Shown here in pieces: positions 28,042 to 32,000 of a stretch of DNA of 32,000 nucleotides. The position numbers and the translations under genes were made by a program. Location: the NCBI GenBank assembly GCA_016839265.1, contig JAEOUO010000003.1, positions 1 to 32,000 on the forward strand. The letters run 5' to 3'. The notes under the pieces are model-generated. The model worked only from the letters and a program-made list of their open reading frames with translations, was not told where the DNA came from and ran no database searches. The stretch is from Candidatus Odinarchaeota archaeon. Lineage in GTDB: Archaea > Asgardarchaeota > Odinarchaeia > Odinarchaeales > Odinarchaeaceae. Numbering within the stretch: position 1 is the first letter of the stretch; each line of letters begins with the position of its first letter.

Positions 28042-29055
28042 TTAAATTATTTTTAAAACAGCCGCTCCGACATGCTTCCCATGCTTCAGTGATAGAAGCG
28101 CCTTATTCGCTTCAGATAGCTTAAACTCTTTAACGTTTATTTTTAAAGGTGTTCGAACTATTACAGATAGAAACTCTTGAACATCTTTTCTAGTAATATT
28201 CGCTACACTTTTAATCTCTCTTTCACCCCATAAGTATTCACTATACTCTATTTCAGGGATCATTGATTCTTTTCGAATCACGTTTACAACAAGGCGGCCT
28301 CCTTTCTCAAGATTTCTTAAAGCCTCTTTTATAACGATCCCACTCGGAGTTGTATCAATAGCTCTGTGAAGTTTACTAGGAGGGGTTTCACCCGTCACTC
28401 CAATCCAGTCAGCGCCTAGTTTAGCAGCGAGTTGACTTGGAGCATCGTTTTCCCGCCTAGTGAAAACATATACTTTAGAATCAGGGTAAAGAATTTTAAT
28501 TACTTGGTGAATGATGTGAGCGGAAGCCCCGTATCCGTAAAATCCAATTATATCACCGTCATTCATCCCTGTAAGTTTTAAAGCTCTATAGCCGATAGCT
28601 CCAGCGCATAATAAGGGAGCGGTGTGAATGTCATCCAGTACATCAGGAATAGGGTAAGCGAAGTTTTCGGAGACAGTCATATACTCAGCGTAGCCGCCGT
28701 CCGCGTCACAACCGGTTCCCTTAAAATTGTCACAGAGGTTTTCTTCACCGTTCAAACAGTAATAGCAATGTCCGCATGCATGATATATCCAGGCGACGCC
28801 TACACGGTCTCCTATATTAAACCGGCTGGCTTCCTCATCTAGCTCAGTTACTCTACCTATAACCTGATGGCCTAGTATTACAGGCAGCTTACATTTTAAT
28901 CTGCCTTCAACTTCGTCAAGCTCAGTATGACAGACACCGCATGCAGATATTTTAATAAGAATCTCCCCGCTTCCAGGTTTAGGAGTCGGTAACTCTACAA
29001 GTTCTAAAGGATTATCCTCGATTCTTGAGGTTTTTCTAAGGATTTGAGCTAACAT
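28042..29055 (-). CDS. zinc-dependent alcohol dehydrogenase family protein
   Basis: CGVCHT, GHQ, structural-Zn C-x2-C-x2-C-x7-C, PLLCAG, GYGASAH. Confidence 0.92.
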   Translation of the reverse strand: MLAQILRKTSRIEDNPLELVELPTPKPGSGEILIKISACGVCHTELDEVEGRLKCKLPVILGHQVIGRVTELDEEASRFNIGDRVGVAWIYHACGHCYYCLNGEENLCDNFKGTGCDADGGYAEYMTVSENFAYPIPDVLDDIHTAPLLCAGAIGYRALKLTGMNDGDIIGFYGYGASAHIIHQVIKILYPDSKVYVFTRRENDAPSQLAAKLGADWIGVTGETPPSKLHRAIDTTPSGIVIKEALRNLEKGGRLVVNVIRKESMIPEIEYSEYLWGEREIKSVANITRKDVQEFLSVIVRTPLKINVKEFKLSEANKALLSLKHGKHVGAAVLKII

Positions 29056-29155
29056 TATTTTAACCTCTAAACAGTTTACAACTAGAAGATTAATTTCAAC
29101 ATATTATAAGAATATTTCAAAATATAAAGTGAAATATATTATTAGATTAGGAGGT

Positions 29156-30149
29156 TTATTCTTTACTGAAAGCGAAAGCGAAGCTTTTTGAACCAGGATA
29201 TACTGAAGATGAATCAGAGTATCCGAGTAGAATACCGTTTTTAGGGGATTTAACTGTCTCTTTAAGATTCCCTAGAACATCATATATTCTAGCTATAATC
29301 TGGTCTTTAATTAAAATATCCCCCGGTTTAACATTAAATCTAATTATACCAAGCGTTTGACTAACAGGTTCATCATCATAATATAATATTTTATCAGTGA
29401 ACTGGTTAGGAAGAGAATACTTGAAGAATTCACTAGAAGAGTTAACCATCCCAAGATATGTTAGAATATTCCAAACAGCTTTAACACTGTACTCAACATT
29501 AACCTCGTTTACAACATATGATTCCCCTAACTCAACGGATAACGCTGGAATATTATTTAAAATAAGATTACCGGTTAATGTTTTAAAAAGACTATGCTCA
29601 TATTTTTCTTCAACAATTACGAAGCCGAGTTTCTCAGCGAATTCAATAAGTTTCATTTTAAGTTTTTTTATTTTTTATTAAAGGTGTGTCTATTAAAGTG
29701 TAGGGTATAGATTTACGCCAGTCATTATGTAAATCTAATACAAGCGCAGGGTTTGAGTGAATAATCGCGTTGAATACTTTAAAAGCTAGGCGTTCAGCTA
29801 AAGAACCGTTAGCGCTTCCAGGGTAACTTCTATTAATATCCTCCCCGGTTAAGTCAAACTCTCGTTTCCCTGACTCGAAACCTGAGGGGTTAACTACGGG
29901 AATCACAAATAAAGCTCCTTTTATTAAAGGGTTTTTTCTAAGTTTTTTAATAACTTCTTGAACAACCACAACGGAGCCTATTTCATCTCCGTGACTGCCC
30001 GCTATAAGCCAGATTACAGGTCCAGGAGTATTAGATTTCACTTCAACTGTTATAATATTCCGTTGAATAAGAAGAGAAGACGCTTTAGGAAGATTGATAA
30101 TGCTTATTTTAATCTTGTTAACCGGATTAGTAGTTGACATAGAAATCAT
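29156..30149 (-). pseudogene. succinylglutamate desuccinylase/aspartoacylase (M14-like) gene split into two ORFs at an A-tract
   Basis: N-part has GSHGDE, DINRSYPG, LDLHND; C-part has VELG and a lipoyl-like VKPGD...SP-x-x-G tail. Removing one A from the tracts at 29663-29676 fuses them (…KNKKLKMKLIEFAEKLG…). Confidence 0.8.
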
Positions 30150-30172
30150 TAAACATAGTAATAATAAATAAG

Positions 30173-30700
30173 TTAATAGTCTAAACCTTCAATAGTTTCC
30201 CTGTCATGTTTATAGTGATGATGAATCTCCTTCATCTCAGTTATAATATCTGAAATATTTTTCACTTCATCAGTTATTTTACCACCTGTTAAAATCACGT
30301 GCATATCACCGCGTCTACTGAGAATTTCTAAAAGCTTTCTGGTAGAGACCATATTATATTCTATAGCGTATAGGATTTCATCTAAAATAAGCATATCACA
30401 TTTATTATTTTTAATAATTTCCTCTATCTGGCTCATGCAATTTTCTATATCCTCGATGTAAGGTTTAGGATCGCTTCCAGGTATGAAAAATTCAGGTCTC
30501 CCGCATAAGTGAACTTCAATATTATCACAGTTTCGTTGAAAATAAATGTACTCGCCTACATTTTTACGTCCTTTAAGAAAATGAAAGATGATAACTTTCC
30601 GGTCCTGACCGGCTGCTCTCACAGCATGCCCTAAAGCAGCGGTGGTTTTACCATCCCCCTCCCCATAATAGGTTATTACTCTGCCCCCGCCGTTTCTCAT
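30173..30700 (-). CDS. cobO: cob(I)alamin adenosyltransferase, CobO/BtuR type
   Basis: YYGEGDGKTTAALG-x-A-x-RA-x-G, FLKG, LILDEI, H-x-ILTG, DIITEM. Confidence 0.88.
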   Translation of the reverse strand: MRNGGGRVITYYGEGDGKTTAALGHAVRAAGQDRKVIIFHFLKGRKNVGEYIYFQRNCDNIEVHLCGRPEFFIPGSDPKPYIEDIENCMSQIEEIIKNNKCDMLILDEILYAIEYNMVSTRKLLEILSRRGDMHVILTGGKITDEVKNISDIITEMKEIHHHYKHDRETIEGLDY

Positions 30701-32000
30701 TCAACCGCACCTTCCGTAACCGCAACTAGGGCATATAATACACCCCTCCTGGTTAACAAGTTCACTTCCACAGGTAGGGCATCTCTCCGGTTTCACCTGA
30801 GGCTGTGAAGAAGTCTCCTCTGGTAAAGGCTCTATGTTAAGAACCTGAGCTTCCCTGCTTCTATCCCGGTAAACGGTTATACCTTTACATCCTAATTCGT
30901 AAGCTTTAAAGTATATCAGCTCCACATCGTGAGGTGTCGCGTTAAACGGTAAATTAACTGTTTTAGAAACAGCGTTATCCGTGTATTTCTGAAAAGCCGC
31001 CTGCATACGCACATGCCATATAGGGTCAATATCGTGAGCGGTAACAAATATACGTCGAACATCTTCAGGTATATTCTGAAACCTGCTTATCGAACCGTGT
31101 TTAGCGATTGTTTTCATAAGCTCATCGGAGTAAAATCCGCGTTGCCTTGCAACTCTCTCGAAAATCGGGTTTATTTCAATAAGTTCAGTGCCCTCCATAA
31201 CACGGCGAATATAGCTTATAGCGAATATAGGTTCAATACCGCTACTGCAACCTGCGATAATGCTTATACTACCTGTAGGAGCGATCGTGGTTACAGTAGC
31301 GTTTCGAATAGGAGGTTCACCTCTCTGATCGTATATGCTGCCTTTAAAGTTCGGGAAAGACCCGCGTTTCTCAGCTAAAGCTCTAGAGGCTTTATGACCC
31401 TCCTCGTTAATAAATTTCATAACCTGCTCCGCTACTTGTAAAGCTTCTTCACTATTATAAGGTATTCCAAGCTCGATTAACATGTCAGCGAATCCCATTA
31501 CCCCTAAGCCGATTTTCCGATTCGCTTTAGTCATTTTCTCTATTTCCGGAAGCGGGTATTTATTAATATCAATTACATTATCTAGAAAGTGGACGGCTTC
31601 CCAAACCGTTTCCTTTAAAGATTCGAAGTCTATTTTACCATCTTTAACAAATTTGGATAAGTTAATACTCCCTAAATTACAGCTTTCAAAAGGTAGTAGA
31701 GGCTGCTCACCGCAGTTATGAACGTAAAAACCATTTGCGTCAAAAGCGTTTATTCCAGGAATATTAACATCGTAAACTTCTTCTATACCGCTCGGCGTTA
31801 TCTCTTCTACTGTAACGATAAAACGTTCCCTATTCATTTTTCTCTTATAGGAGTTTATAGCTTTCTCAAGTTTCATCATTTTATCAAGGTTTCCAAATTT
31901 AATTCGCTCATAGTAATAGAGAATATTATCTTTAGAGATAATCAATTCATGTTTAGGTTTATGTAAACGTTCCTCTGATTTATTTTCTCCATTAAACGCT
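30701..32000 (-). CDS. nrdJ: class II (AdoCbl-dependent) ribonucleotide reductase, 3' part, intein-containing
   Basis: CGEQPL, SCNLGSINL, RKIGLGVMG, TTIAPTGSIS, DNAVSKTVN, KGITVYRD; C-terminal C-x2-C...C-x2-C ribbon; frame open to the window edge. Confidence 0.95.
   Translation of the reverse strand, partial: AFNGENKSEERLHKPKHELIISKDNILYYYERIKFGNLDKMMKLEKAINSYKRKMNRERFIVTVEEITPSGIEEVYDVNIPGINAFDANGFYVHNCGEQPLLPFESCNLGSINLSKFVKDGKIDFESLKETVWEAVHFLDNVIDINKYPLPEIEKMTKANRKIGLGVMGFADMLIELGIPYNSEEALQVAEQVMKFINEEGHKASRALAEKRGSFPNFKGSIYDQRGEPPIRNATVTTIAPTGSISIIAGCSSGIEPIFAISYIRRVMEGTELIEINPIFERVARQRGFYSDELMKTIAKHGSISRFQNIPEDVRRIFVTAHDIDPIWHVRMQAAFQKYTDNAVSKTVNLPFNATPHDVELIYFKAYELGCKGITVYRDRSREAQVLNIEPLPEETSSQPQVKPERCPTCGSELVNQEGCIICPSCGYGRCG
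31715..32000 (-). mobile_element. 3' part of an intein in nrdJ, probably with a LAGLIDADG homing endonuclease
   Basis: Block F/G VYDVNIPGINAFDANGFYVHN followed by extein Cys (31712-31714); upstream ELIISKDNI...IKF...K..KL resembles the end of a DOD endonuclease domain. Confidence 0.9.

Noticed and set aside
29660-29676. Programmed -1 ribosomal frameshift
   Set aside because: The downstream ORF is in the +1 frame
20497-31966. Remaining plus-strand shadow ORFs (20497, 22904, 25521, 28624, 29397, 31013, 31482, 31718)
   Set aside because: All antisense to well-supported genes; the odd composition of 22904-23272 simply reflects the strand skew

Overview
AT-rich archaeal chromosomal segment (GGTG-type ribosome-binding sites, TTTATA(T)-type TATA boxes, archaeal-type Dpo4, RNase HI and NrdJ); the lineage cannot be fixed from sequence alone. 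Most of it is housekeeping, transport and stress genes: mgtA, DUF72, hsp20, a cysE-cysK-tRNA(Cys)-cysS cluster, cbiMNQO, padR/eamA/SDR, mscS, dinB, an M1 aminopeptidase, APC permeases, a ferritin-like protein, RNase HI, a Zn-ADH, cobO, and an intein-containing class II RNR cut by the window edge. The most unusual part is the left end. The 5' end of a tyrosine recombinase gene missed by the ORF track lies divergent, across a ~7% GC spacer, from two tandem, highly diverged 7-TM proteins whose Cys4 C-terminal domains are encoded by a 100% identical 152-bp direct repeat. Three genes are interrupted (mscL, an APC permease, an AstE/AspA-family hydrolase), two of them at homopolymer runs. All calls come from motif recognition by eye; no database search was run.
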